Counted from the stretch's first letter, positions 46,101-56,091 are shown. The stretch is 64,000 nucleotides of DNA from Acidobacteriota bacterium (GCA_022826195.1 JAJDVI010000017.1:3673-67672); one strand, 5' to 3'. The notes: generated by a model not told the origin, from the sequence alone. Numbers and translations are program-made.

Positions 46101-48518
46101 TCAGAATCGGAAGAGACGCGTGAACTTGACGACCAGCGCCCGGTCGGTCAGCCCGCTGAGCCCGTCATCCCCGTCCCGGTTCGTGCTGAAGACGACGAAC
46201 AGATCGCTTCCCGGCGAGTACTCCCAGCGGAAACGCACGTTGGCGGACATCAGCTGCGCCGCCGAGTTGTACTGGACCAGCGCCCCGACGAAGCTGCGGG
46301 GCGAGACGGTATAGGTGGCGCGCAGGCGGCTGACCTGCGCCTGCACTTCGCCGCCGGGTACGTCGATCCAGTTGAGACTGATGTTCGGCTCCATGGAGAA
46401 ACGCCGGTTCACCTCGGCGCGTCCCCAGTAGCTCACCTCGCGCCGGGTGCCCCCGAAGAAGTCGCCGAACTCGTAGCGGACGTAACCCGACACGGCACGG
46501 TGGGTGCCGAGCCAGAAGCGGAGTCCGCTGCGCGCGAACCGGTAGCTGCCGGCCGGCACCCCGACCTCGCTCGAGAGGTCGAAGCCGTCGAGGAGGTGCT
46601 CCTCGGTGACGGTGTGGGTCACTACCAGGCGGTCGCTGCTCTCGAAGATGGCCCGCCCTTCGAAGTTGTACTCGCGCGTCTCCATTTCGCCGTCGGGCCG
46701 GTCGTACTGGTTCGCGTCCAGCTTGAACTCGAACTGGCGGATGCGGTCGATGCCGCGGGGACGCGGGGCGAACGTAAGGGAGCCCCCGTTCTTGGTGAAG
46801 TCTCGCCGGCGGACGAATCCCATCCCCGGGTTGAAGTCCTCGCCGAGGTAGAGCCGCTCGGCCGACACGTCGATCAGGTCGGTGTCGTAGCGGAACTGGC
46901 CCATGTAGCTCGCCGCCTGGTGTCCGGTCTCCACGCCGGCCTCGCTCGTCGCCATGTAGAAGGTGTTCACGCGGATGTTGTCCGTGGGAGCGAAGTTGCC
47001 GTCCACGCCGTAGAGGGAGTTGGACCCCGAGCCGTCGGCGCTGATGTTGCGATGGGTCGCGATGACGCCGATGTTGGAGCGCGCGAAGAGGTCGCGCTTC
47101 ACCCGGAAGGCGCTGAAGTTGGTGCTTTCCACATCGAGGCCCGCCACCGTCCCGGTCTGGATGTTCATGAGCCCCATCGTGTAGGCGCCGGACCGGCCGT
47201 GGAGGCGGGCGCCCCCGAGAATCGGGACCGCGCTGCCGCCGGAGATCCCGATGGACCGGCTGAAGAACGGGATGGGCGCGTCGGACGGGCCCTGGCCGCC
47301 GAAGGCGCGGGTCTGCCGGCCGCCGAAGTCGAAGACCCCCTGTCCCTCGAGGAAGAACTCGCGCTTTTCCGGATAGAACAGGCTGAAGCGGCTGAGGTTG
47401 ACCTGGGTCTCGTCGTCCTCCACCTGCGCGAAGTCGGTGTTCCAGGTCACGTCGGCGGTGAGCCCTTCGGTGACGCCGAACTTGAAGTCGGCGCCGACGT
47501 CGCCCGACCACTCGTCGTTGATGTCGCGCAGGGGCGCATTCGCCTGGGAGCCGATGGCGTAGGGCTTGAGCTCCATCCGCCGGGACCCGGGAGGCGCCTC
47601 CAAACCGACGAGGGTCGCCGCGTTGGAAAGACGGATCAGCGCCTCCCGGTTGTAGGCCTGTGGGGTCGCGGTGAAGAACACCTTCTCGTTCTTGTGCTTG
47701 ATGTTCCGCTGGAAGTTGATTCCCCAGAGCTGGGGCCCGCCGGCCGCGTAGCGGAGGGAACGGAAGGGAATCCGTACCTCCATCGTCCATCCATCGTCCA
47801 CGATCCGCGTCTTCACCCACCAGACGGTGTTCCAGTCGCTGTTGGTGTTCCGCTCGTCGGTCACCTGGGCGTCGTAGAGGGCGCCGAGGGCGTTGGTGTG
47901 GAACAGGAAGCCGTTCCGCCGGTCGTAGAAGGTGTCGAGGACGATCTGGAAGCTGTCGTTCCAGCCGATGCTCATGTGGTCCCGCCGCATCTCGCGCGCC
48001 ATCAACTGCTCGGGGTGTTCCTCTTCCATCTCCGCGGCGATGTAGAGGTTTTCCGCATCGTAGAGCACCCAGACGCGGGTGTCCTCGGAAGCGGGAGCGC
48101 CCTCGTTCGGCTCCTGCTGCAGGAAGCCGTCTGCCGCCGGGATCTGGTCGTAGACCGGGTCGTCGAGCACGCCGTCCACGGTGAGGGGCTCCGCGAGGCG
48201 GAACGCCCGTAGCGTCACCCGGCCGTCGGCGTCCCGGCTGACGGCCTCGCCGGCGTTGGGGGCCGGCGGACCCAGGATGCGGCTCGCCATCGACGAGCTG
48301 ACACTCTGCTGATCGGCGGCGAGCCGGCCGCCGCCGCGTAGCGGGATCGCCAGTTCGTCCGAATCGTCCTGAAGCTGGCGGTCCGAGGGTGGAGGGATGG
48401 GTCCGTCGGGGCCCGGCGGTGTCCCCGCAACACCCAGCGAAACGCCGGTCAAGAGGATGGAAAACGCAAGGGCGGCAACGCCCGAAGAACTCTGGAAAGT
48501 CAGAAAAGGGCGGTACAC
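46101..48518 (-). CDS. Array copy D: same family, second subclade (D–G)
   Basis: 805 aa. GTG start (VYRPFLTFQSSSGVAALAFSILLTGVSLGVAG). The subclade N-terminal motif is RQLQDDSDELAIP...GRLAADQQ. Shared core blocks: DTFYDRRNGFLFHTNA, TWNTDFAQVEDDETQVNLSRFSLFYPEKREFFLEGQG. C-terminus LVVKFTRLFRF. Confidence 0.65.
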   Translation of the reverse strand: MYRPFLTFQSSSGVAALAFSILLTGVSLGVAGTPPGPDGPIPPPSDRQLQDDSDELAIPLRGGGRLAADQQSVSSSMASRILGPPAPNAGEAVSRDADGRVTLRAFRLAEPLTVDGVLDDPVYDQIPAADGFLQQEPNEGAPASEDTRVWVLYDAENLYIAAEMEEEHPEQLMAREMRRDHMSIGWNDSFQIVLDTFYDRRNGFLFHTNALGALYDAQVTDERNTNSDWNTVWWVKTRIVDDGWTMEVRIPFRSLRYAAGGPQLWGINFQRNIKHKNEKVFFTATPQAYNREALIRLSNAATLVGLEAPPGSRRMELKPYAIGSQANAPLRDINDEWSGDVGADFKFGVTEGLTADVTWNTDFAQVEDDETQVNLSRFSLFYPEKREFFLEGQGVFDFGGRQTRAFGGQGPSDAPIPFFSRSIGISGGSAVPILGGARLHGRSGAYTMGLMNIQTGTVAGLDVESTNFSAFRVKRDLFARSNIGVIATHRNISADGSGSNSLYGVDGNFAPTDNIRVNTFYMATSEAGVETGHQAASYMGQFRYDTDLIDVSAERLYLGEDFNPGMGFVRRRDFTKNGGSLTFAPRPRGIDRIRQFEFKLDANQYDRPDGEMETREYNFEGRAIFESSDRLVVTHTVTEEHLLDGFDLSSEVGVPAGSYRFARSGLRFWLGTHRAVSGYVRYEFGDFFGGTRREVSYWGRAEVNRRFSMEPNISLNWIDVPGGEVQAQVSRLRATYTVSPRSFVGALVQYNSAAQLMSANVRFRWEYSPGSDLFVVFSTNRDGDDGLSGLTDRALVVKFTRLFRF

Positions 48519-48619
48519 GGCGACCGGCTCTCGGCGCGAGAAATCTCGAAAACCAATGCGAATTCTAGCGGAACGGCGCGATGCGCCGCCCTGCCGTTTG
48601 GGGCGGGGACGCGGTCCCG

Positions 48620-51019
48620 TCAGAACCGGAACAGACGGGTGAATTTGACGACCAGCGCGCGGTCGCTGAGCCCGGAGAGGCCGTCGTCGCCGTCGCGGTT
48701 CGTGCTGAACACCACGAACAGGTCGCTGCCCGGCGAGTACTCCCAGCGGTAGCGGATGTTCGCCGAGAAGAGCTGCGCCGCGGAGTTGTACTGGACGAGC
48801 GCCCCCAGGAAGCTGCGCGGCGACACGGTGTAGGTCGCGCGCAGCCGGCTGACCTGCGCCCGCACGCTGCCCTCGGGCACCTCGATCCAGTTGAGACTGA
48901 CGTTCGGCTCCAGGGAGAAGCGGGTGTTGAACTCCGCCCGTCCCCGGTAGCTCACCTGGCGCCGGGTGCCGCCGAAGAAGTCTCCGAACTCGTAGCGCAG
49001 GAACCCGGAGAACGGGCGGTGCGATCCCATCCGGACGCGGACGCCGGTGCGGGAGAAGCGGTAGTCGCCCGCGGGAACGTCGACCTCGCTGGAGAGGCTG
49101 AACCCTTCCAGGAGGTGCTCCTCGGTCACCGTGTGATCCACGAAGAGACGGTCGCTGCTCTCGAAGATGGTCTGGATCTGGAACATGTACTCGCGCGTCT
49201 CGGTCTCGCCGTCGGGACGGTCGTAGTTGTCCGCCTGCACCTGGAACTCGACCTGCCGGATCGACTCGATGCCGCGGGGACGCGGCGCGAACGTGACGCT
49301 TCCCCCGTCCTTCGTGAAGTCCCGGCGGCGGACGAAGCCCATTCCCGGATTGAAGTCCTCGCCGAGATACAGGCGCTCGGCGGAGATGTCGAGCAGATCG
49401 GTGTCGTAGCGGAACTGGCCCAGGTAGCTCGCCGCCTGGTGCCCGGTCTCGACGCCCGGCTCGCTCGTCGCCATGTAGAAGGTGTTGATGCGGATGTGGT
49501 CGGTCGGGTTGAAGTTCCCGTCCACCCCGTAGAGGGAGTTCGATCCGCTACCGTCGGCGGTCACGTTCCGGTGGGTCGCGATCACCCCGACGTTCGACCG
49601 CGAGAAGATGTCGCGCTTCATCCGGAAGGCGCTGAAGTTGGTGCTCTCGGCGTCCACTCCCTGCGCTTCGCCGGTCTGGATGTTCAAGAGCCCCATCTGG
49701 TAGGCGCCGGCCCGGCCGTGGAGGCGCGCGCCTCCCAGGATGGGTACCGCGCTCCCTCCCGAGATCCCGATCGAGCGGCTGAAGAACGGGATGGGGATGT
49801 CGCTTCCACCCCCGCCGCCGAACCCCCGGGCCTGCCGGCCGCCGAAGCCGAAGACCCCCTGCCCTTCGAGGAAGAACTCCCGCTTTTCCGGGTAGAACAG
49901 GCTGAAACGGCTCAGGTTGACCTGCGTCTCGTCGTCCTCCACCTGCGCGAAGTCGGTGTTCCAGGTGACGTCGGCGGTGAGCCCGTCGGTGACGCCGAAC
50001 TTGAAGTCGGCGCCGACGTCGCCGGACCACTCGTTCAGCCGGTCGTTCAGCGGGACGTGCGTCTGGGAGCCGATGGCGTACGGCTTCAGCTCCATCCGCC
50101 GCGAACCGGCGGGCGCCTCGAGACCCACGAGGGTCGCCGCGTTCGAGAGCCGTTCCAGTCCGTTCCGGCTGTACGCCTGGGGCGTCGGGGTCAGGAACGC
50201 CTGCTCGTTCCGGTGCTTGATGCGGCGCCGGAAGTTGATTCCCCAGAGCTGGGGCCCCCCGGCCGCGTAACGGAGCGAGCGGAAGGGAATCCGGATCTCC
50301 AGGGTGTAGCCGTCTTCGACGAGCCGGCTCTTCACCCACCAGACGGTGTTCCAGTCGCTGTTCGTGTTCCGCTCGTCGGTCACCTGGGCGTCGAAGAGCG
50401 CGCCCAGGGCGTTCGTGTGGAACAGGAAGCCGTTCCGCCGGTCGTAGAACGTGTCGATGATCACCGAGAAGCTGTCGCCCCAGTCGATGTTCCGCTGGTC
50501 GCGGCGCATCTCGTTGGCCATCAGCAGTTCCGGGTGGTCTTCTTCCAGCTCGGCGGCGATGTAGAGGCTGTCGGCGTCGTAGAGCACCCACACGCGGGTG
50601 GACTCCGAAACCGGGGCGCCCTCGTCGGGCTCCTGCTGCACGAATCCTTCCGCCGCCGGCACCTGGTCGTACACCGGGTCGTCGAGCACTCCGTCCACGG
50701 TGATCGGCTCGGAGAGGCGGAAGGCGCGGAGGGTGACCCGGCCGTCGGCGCCGCGGCTGACCGCCTCCCCTGCCGTCGGGGCCGGCGGACCGAGGATGGG
50801 GCTCTCCATCGCCGAACTGAGGTCCTGCTGCCCGTCGGCGAGCCGGCCGGCGCCGCGGCCCGGGATTCCCAGGTCGTCCTGACTGTCCTGAAGCCGGCGG
50901 TCCGCAGGCGGCCGAACGGGTCCATCGGGTGCGGCGAACGACGGGCCGGCGGCCAGCATCAGCAGGCTGGCGGCAGCAACGCCCGTCAAGAAAGAGGCAG
51001 TTTGCAAGCGGCGGGGCAC
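48620..51019 (-). CDS. Array copy E: same family (D–G subclade)
   Basis: 799 aa. GTG start. Signal MPRRLQTASFLTGVAAASLLMLAAGPSFA. ~90% identical to F over long stretches. C-terminus LVVKFTRLFRF. Confidence 0.65.
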   Translation of the reverse strand: MPRRLQTASFLTGVAAASLLMLAAGPSFAAPDGPVRPPADRRLQDSQDDLGIPGRGAGRLADGQQDLSSAMESPILGPPAPTAGEAVSRGADGRVTLRAFRLSEPITVDGVLDDPVYDQVPAAEGFVQQEPDEGAPVSESTRVWVLYDADSLYIAAELEEDHPELLMANEMRRDQRNIDWGDSFSVIIDTFYDRRNGFLFHTNALGALFDAQVTDERNTNSDWNTVWWVKSRLVEDGYTLEIRIPFRSLRYAAGGPQLWGINFRRRIKHRNEQAFLTPTPQAYSRNGLERLSNAATLVGLEAPAGSRRMELKPYAIGSQTHVPLNDRLNEWSGDVGADFKFGVTDGLTADVTWNTDFAQVEDDETQVNLSRFSLFYPEKREFFLEGQGVFGFGGRQARGFGGGGGSDIPIPFFSRSIGISGGSAVPILGGARLHGRAGAYQMGLLNIQTGEAQGVDAESTNFSAFRMKRDIFSRSNVGVIATHRNVTADGSGSNSLYGVDGNFNPTDHIRINTFYMATSEPGVETGHQAASYLGQFRYDTDLLDISAERLYLGEDFNPGMGFVRRRDFTKDGGSVTFAPRPRGIESIRQVEFQVQADNYDRPDGETETREYMFQIQTIFESSDRLFVDHTVTEEHLLEGFSLSSEVDVPAGDYRFSRTGVRVRMGSHRPFSGFLRYEFGDFFGGTRRQVSYRGRAEFNTRFSLEPNVSLNWIEVPEGSVRAQVSRLRATYTVSPRSFLGALVQYNSAAQLFSANIRYRWEYSPGSDLFVVFSTNRDGDDGLSGLSDRALVVKFTRLFRF

Positions 51020-51058
51020 GGGGAGTTTCGTCCGAACCGGGGGTAAAAACCGGCGCGG

Positions 51059-51088
51059 ACTATAGCCGCCCGGCCGCCGGGTTGCGAA
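51059..51088 (-). promoter_or_regulatory. Candidate promoter in the F/E spacer (-35 TTCGCA, 18-nt spacer, -10 TATAGT) driving copy E
   Basis: Read on the minus strand of the 120-bp spacer. A comparable TAGAAT hexamer sits ~45 nt upstream of copy D (plus 48562-48567). Confidence 0.2.
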
Positions 51089-51139
51089 CGCGTCTCGGGG
51101 GGCCCGGCAGAGCGGTGCCCGAGGGGATCCGGAACCCCG

Positions 51140-53533
51140 TCAGAACCGGAAGAGACGGGTGAATTTCACGACGACCGCGCGGTCGCTGAGCCCGGAGAGC
51201 CCGTCGTCCCCGTCGCGGTTCGTACTGAAGACCACGAACAGGTCGCTGCCGGGGGAGTACTCCCAGCGGTAGCGGACATTGGCCGAGATCAGTTGCGCCG
51301 CCGAGTTGTACTGGACGAGCGCGCCCACGAAACTGCGCGGCGAAACCGTGTAGCTGGCGCGGAGGCGGGTCACCTGCGCCTGGACGTCGCCCGCGGGCAC
51401 CGTGATCCAGTTCAGGCTGATGTTGGGCTCCAGCGAGAAGCGCTGGTTCAGCTCGACGCGTCCCCAGTACATGACCTCCTGCCGGGTGCCGCCGAAGAAG
51501 TCCCCGAACTCGTAGCGGAACATCCCCGAGAACCGGCGATGGGATCCCATCCGGATCCGCACCCCGCTGCGGGAGAACCGGTAGTCGCCGGCGGGAACCG
51601 CGACCTCGTCCGAGAGGTCGAAACCGGCGAGAAGACGCTCTTCGGTGATCGTGTGATCGAACATGAGGCGGTCGCTGCTCTCGAAGATGGCGCGCGCGTC
51701 GAACCGGTACTCGCGGGTTTCCATGGCGCCGTCCGGGCGGTCGTAGTTGTTCGCCTCCGCCTTGAACTCGAGCTGGCGGATCGCCTCGATCCCGCGGGGA
51801 CGCGGCGCCACCTGGAAGGAAGCGCCGTTCTTCGTGAAGTCCCGGCGGCGGACGAAGCCCATGCCCGGGTTGAAGTCCTCACCCAGGTAGAGCCGTTCCG
51901 CGGTGATGTCGATCAGGTCGGTGTCGTAGAGGAACTGGCCCATGTAGCTGGCGGCGGCGTGCCCCGTGTCCACGTCCGGCTCGCTGGTCGCCATGTAGAA
52001 GGTGTTGAAGCGGATGTAGTCCGTCGGGGCGAAGTTCCCGTCCACGCCGTAGAGGGAGTTGCCTCCGGAGCCGTCCGCGCTGACGTTCCGGTGGGTGGCG
52101 ATGACCCCGATGTTCGACCTCGAGAAGAGGTCGCGCTTCACGCGGAAGGCGCTGAAGTTGGTGCTCTCCACGTCGAGTCCGCCGACCTCGCCGGTCTGGA
52201 TGTTCATGAGGCCCATCTGGTAGGAGCCGGCGCGGCCGTGCATGCGGGCGCCGCCGAGAATCGGCACCGCGCTGCCCCCCGAGATCCCGATGGAACGGCT
52301 GAAGAACGGGATGGGAATGTCGGTCGGGCCGCCGAAGAAGCGGGTCTCCCGGCCGCCGAAGTCGAAGACCCCCTGTCCTTCGAGGAAGAACTCGCGCTTT
52401 TCCGGGTAGAAGAGGCTGAAACGGCTCAGGTTGACCTGGGTCTCGTCGTCTTCCACCTGCGCGAAGTCGGTGTTCCAGGTGACGTCGGCGGTGAGGCCGT
52501 CGGTAACGCCGAACTTGAAGTCGGCGCCGAGGTCGCCGGACCAGTCGTTGTGGATGTCGTTCAGGGGAACGTGGCTCTGGGAGCCGATCGCGTAGGGCTT
52601 GAACTCCATCCGCCGCGATCCGGCGGGCGCCTCGAGACCGACGAGCGTCGCCGCGTTGGAGAGCCGCAGCAGGGCGAACCGGTCGAACGCCTGGGGCGTC
52701 GGGGTGAAGAACACCTGTTCGTTGTTGTGCTTGATGCGGCGGCGGAAGTTGATCCCCCAGACCTGGGCTCCCCCCGCCGCGTAGCGGAGCGAGCGGAAGG
52801 GGATCCGGATCTCCACGGTGTAACGGTGGTCGAGACGCTGGGTGTTGACCCACCAGACCGTGTTCCAGTCGCTGTTGGTGTTCCGCTCGTCGGTCACCTG
52901 CGCGTCGAAGAGCGCGCCCTGCGCGTTCGTGTGGAACAGGAAGCCGTTTCGCCGGTCGTAGAAGGTGTCGAGGATGACCGAGAAGCTGTCGCCCCAGTCG
53001 ATGTTCCGCTGGTCGCGCCGCATCTCGTTGGCCATCAGCAGCTCGGGATGCTCCTCTTCGAGGTCGGCGGCGACGTAGAGGCTGTCCGCGTCGTAGAAGA
53101 CCCAGACGCGGGTGGACTCCGACGGCGGGGCGCCCTCGTCGGGCTCCTGCTGCGTGAATCCCTCCGCCGCCGGGACCTGGTCGTATACCGGGTCGTCGAG
53201 CACGCCGTCCACGGTGAGGGGCTCGGAGAGACGGAAGGCGCGGAGCGTCACCCGGCCGTCCGCGCCGCGGCTGACCGCCTCGTCGGCGGCGGGAGCCGGC
53301 GGCCCGAGGATGCGGTCCGCCATCGCCGAGTCGAGCGCCTGCTGGTTCGCGGCGAGCCTGCCGGAGCCGCGGGAGGAGGCGAGGCCGAGATCGTCCTGAT
53401 CGTCCTGGCGCCGCTCCTCCGCCGGGGAACCCGGTCCGTCCTGCGCGGCCGCGCCGCCGGCGGCCAGCACGGAGCCGGCCAGCAGTACGCCGAGAGCGGC
53501 GGCGACGCCGCCCGGCAACGCTCGGAAAGACAT
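51140..53533 (-). CDS. Array copy F: same family (D–G subclade)
   Basis: 797 aa. ATG start. Signal MSFRALPGGVAAALGVLLAGSVLAAGGAAAQ. C-terminus VVVKFTRLFRF. Confidence 0.65.
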   Translation of the reverse strand: MSFRALPGGVAAALGVLLAGSVLAAGGAAAQDGPGSPAEERRQDDQDDLGLASSRGSGRLAANQQALDSAMADRILGPPAPAADEAVSRGADGRVTLRAFRLSEPLTVDGVLDDPVYDQVPAAEGFTQQEPDEGAPPSESTRVWVFYDADSLYVAADLEEEHPELLMANEMRRDQRNIDWGDSFSVILDTFYDRRNGFLFHTNAQGALFDAQVTDERNTNSDWNTVWWVNTQRLDHRYTVEIRIPFRSLRYAAGGAQVWGINFRRRIKHNNEQVFFTPTPQAFDRFALLRLSNAATLVGLEAPAGSRRMEFKPYAIGSQSHVPLNDIHNDWSGDLGADFKFGVTDGLTADVTWNTDFAQVEDDETQVNLSRFSLFYPEKREFFLEGQGVFDFGGRETRFFGGPTDIPIPFFSRSIGISGGSAVPILGGARMHGRAGSYQMGLMNIQTGEVGGLDVESTNFSAFRVKRDLFSRSNIGVIATHRNVSADGSGGNSLYGVDGNFAPTDYIRFNTFYMATSEPDVDTGHAAASYMGQFLYDTDLIDITAERLYLGEDFNPGMGFVRRRDFTKNGASFQVAPRPRGIEAIRQLEFKAEANNYDRPDGAMETREYRFDARAIFESSDRLMFDHTITEERLLAGFDLSDEVAVPAGDYRFSRSGVRIRMGSHRRFSGMFRYEFGDFFGGTRQEVMYWGRVELNQRFSLEPNISLNWITVPAGDVQAQVTRLRASYTVSPRSFVGALVQYNSAAQLISANVRYRWEYSPGSDLFVVFSTNRDGDDGLSGLSDRAVVVKFTRLFRF

Positions 53534-53649
53534 GGGACGCGTGGGGTCGGAATCGAGGAAACCGGGACCAGTTTACGGAAAGCGGCCCTTCGGTCCCAAC
53601 GCGTTCCGGCTGCCCCCGGGAACGGTGGGATTCGGGGCGGGAGGTTCCC

Positions 53650-56091
53650 TCAGAACCGCATCAGGCGGGTGAACTTGACGACCAGCGCCCGGTCGGTGAG
53701 CCCGGAGAGGCCGTCGTCGCCGTCCCGGTTCGAACTGAAGACCACGAACAGGTCGCTGCCGGGGGAGTACTCCCAGCGGTAGCGGATGTTGGCCGAAAAC
53801 AGTTGCGCTGCCGAGTTGTACTGGACGAGCGCCCCCAGGAAGCTGCGCGGCGAGACGGTGTAGGTGGCGCGGAGGCGGCTCACCTGCGCCCGCACGTCCC
53901 CCGCGGGCAGCGTGATCCAGTTCAGGCTGACGTTCGGCTCGAAGGAGAACCGCTGGTTGACCTCGGCGCGTCCCCAGTACCCGACTTCCCGCCGGGTGCC
54001 CCCGAAGAAATCCCCGAACTCGTAGTTGAGCATTCCCGAGACCTTGCGGTGGGAACCCATCCGGACCCGCACCCCCGCCCGGGCGAACCGGTAGCTCCCG
54101 GCGGGCACCGCGACCTCGTCCGAGAGGTCGAACCCCTCGAGGAGATGTTCCTCGGTCACGTTGTAGTCGAGCATGAGGCGATCGCTGCTCTCGAAGATGG
54201 CGTTGGCCTCGAACTGGTACTCCCGGGTCTCGAGCTCGCCGCCGGGACGCTCGTAGTTGTTCGCCCGCGCCTGGAACTCGAGCTGGCGCACCGCCTCGAT
54301 GCCGCGGGGGCGGGGCGAGAACTGGACGGACCCGCTGTTCTTGGTGAAGTTCCGCCGGCGGAGGAAGCCCATCCCGGGGGTGAAGTCCTCGCCCAGGTAG
54401 AGCCGCTCCCCGGTCACGTCGATCAGGTCGGTGTCGTAGCGGAACTGGCCCATGTAGCTGGCGGCTTCATGCCCGGTCTCGATCCCGGGCTCGCTGGTCG
54501 CCATGTAGAAGGCGGTGATCCGGAGATGCTGGGTGGGGTTGAAGTTCCCGTCCACCCCGTAGAGGGAGTTGGCTCCCGTCCCGTCGGCGTTGATGTTCCG
54601 GTGGGTCGCGATGACGCCGATGTTGGACCGCGAGAAGAGGTCCCGCTTGACCCGGAAGGCGCTGAAGTTCGTGCCCTCGTAGTCGAGCCCCGGCGCCGTG
54701 CCGGTCTGGATGTTCATGAGCCCCATCTGGTAGGCGCCGGCCCGGCCGTGGAGCCGGGCGCCGCCGAGGATCGGCACCGCGCTGCCCCCCGAGATCCCGA
54801 TGGAGCGGCTGAAGAACGGAATGGGAGCGTCGGCGGAGCCCCCGCCCCCCCAGGCCCGGGTCTGCCGGCCCCCGAAGTCGAACACCCCCTGCCCCTCGAG
54901 GAAGAACTCGCGCTTTTCCGGATAGAAGAGGCTGAAACGGCTCAGGTTGACCTGGGTCTCGTCGTCCTCCACCTGCGCGAAATCGGTGTTCCAGGTGACG
55001 TCGGCGGTGAGCCCTTCGGTGACGCCGAACTTGAAATCGGCGCCGACGTCGCCGGACCACTCGTTCAGGGTGTCCCGCAGGGGAGCGTGCGTCTGCGAAC
55101 CGATGGCGTAGGGCTTCAGTTCCATCCGCCGCGAACCGGCGGGCGCCTCGAGCCCGACGAGCGTCGCCGCGTTCGAGAGCCGGTTCAGCCCGTTCATGTT
55201 GTAGGCCTGGGGCGTCGGGGTGAGGAAGGCCCGCTCGTTCGTGTGCTTGATGAGGCGGCGGAAGTTGATCCCCCAGAGCTGCGGCCCGCCCGCCGCGTAG
55301 CGGAGCGACCGGAACGGGATTCGCATCTCCATGGTCCAGCCGTGTTCGAGGCGCTCGGTCCGCACCCACCAGACGGTGTTCCAGTCGGAGTTCGTGTTCC
55401 GCTCGTCGGAGACCTGGGCGTCGTAGAGCGCGCCCACCGCGTTCGTGTGGAAGAGGAAGCCGTTCCGGCGGTCGTAGAAGGTGTCGAGGATGACCGAGAA
55501 GCTGTCTCCCCAGCCGATGTTCCGGTGGTCGCGCCGCATCTCGCCCGCCCGGAGCAGCTCCGGGTGGTGTTCGTCGAGATCCGCCGCGATGTAGAGGTGT
55601 TCCGCGTCGTAGAGCACCCAGACGCGGGTGGACTCGGAGACCGGAGCGCCCTCGACGGGTTCCTGCTGCACGAAGCCCCCGGCGGCCGGGATCTGGTCAT
55701 AGACGGGGTCGTCGAGCACGCCGTCCACGGTGAGCGGTTCGGACAGCCGGAAGGCGCGGAGCGTCACCCCGCCGTCGGCGTCCCGGCTGACCGCTTCGTC
55801 CGCCGCCGGAGCGGGCGGTCCCAGGATGCGCTCGGCGATGGAAGAACTGAGGTCCTGCTGGCTCGCGGCGAGCCGGCCCGAGCCGCGGGAGGAGGAGAGG
55901 CCCAGATCGCCCTGGCCGCCCTGCGCCCCGGCTTCGGCGGCCGGCGCCGCCGGCTCGTCCTGCGCGGGGGCCGCTCCGGCGGCCAGGAGCGCGCCCACCA
56001 GGAGCACGGCCCCGCCGGCGCGCCTCCGCCCCTCCGGACGGATCAGGGAACGATCAGCCAATGCACCCAGCCTCCAGCAACTCCGAATCAC
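53650..56091 (-). CDS. Array copy G: same family (D–G subclade), first gene of the array
   Basis: 813 aa. GTG start. Long n-region then AVLLVGALLAAGAAPAQ. C-terminus LVVKFTRLMRF. Confidence 0.6.
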   Translation of the reverse strand: MIRSCWRLGALADRSLIRPEGRRRAGGAVLLVGALLAAGAAPAQDEPAAPAAEAGAQGGQGDLGLSSSRGSGRLAASQQDLSSSIAERILGPPAPAADEAVSRDADGGVTLRAFRLSEPLTVDGVLDDPVYDQIPAAGGFVQQEPVEGAPVSESTRVWVLYDAEHLYIAADLDEHHPELLRAGEMRRDHRNIGWGDSFSVILDTFYDRRNGFLFHTNAVGALYDAQVSDERNTNSDWNTVWWVRTERLEHGWTMEMRIPFRSLRYAAGGPQLWGINFRRLIKHTNERAFLTPTPQAYNMNGLNRLSNAATLVGLEAPAGSRRMELKPYAIGSQTHAPLRDTLNEWSGDVGADFKFGVTEGLTADVTWNTDFAQVEDDETQVNLSRFSLFYPEKREFFLEGQGVFDFGGRQTRAWGGGGSADAPIPFFSRSIGISGGSAVPILGGARLHGRAGAYQMGLMNIQTGTAPGLDYEGTNFSAFRVKRDLFSRSNIGVIATHRNINADGTGANSLYGVDGNFNPTQHLRITAFYMATSEPGIETGHEAASYMGQFRYDTDLIDVTGERLYLGEDFTPGMGFLRRRNFTKNSGSVQFSPRPRGIEAVRQLEFQARANNYERPGGELETREYQFEANAIFESSDRLMLDYNVTEEHLLEGFDLSDEVAVPAGSYRFARAGVRVRMGSHRKVSGMLNYEFGDFFGGTRREVGYWGRAEVNQRFSFEPNVSLNWITLPAGDVRAQVSRLRATYTVSPRSFLGALVQYNSAAQLFSANIRYRWEYSPGSDLFVVFSSNRDGDDGLSGLTDRALVVKFTRLMRF

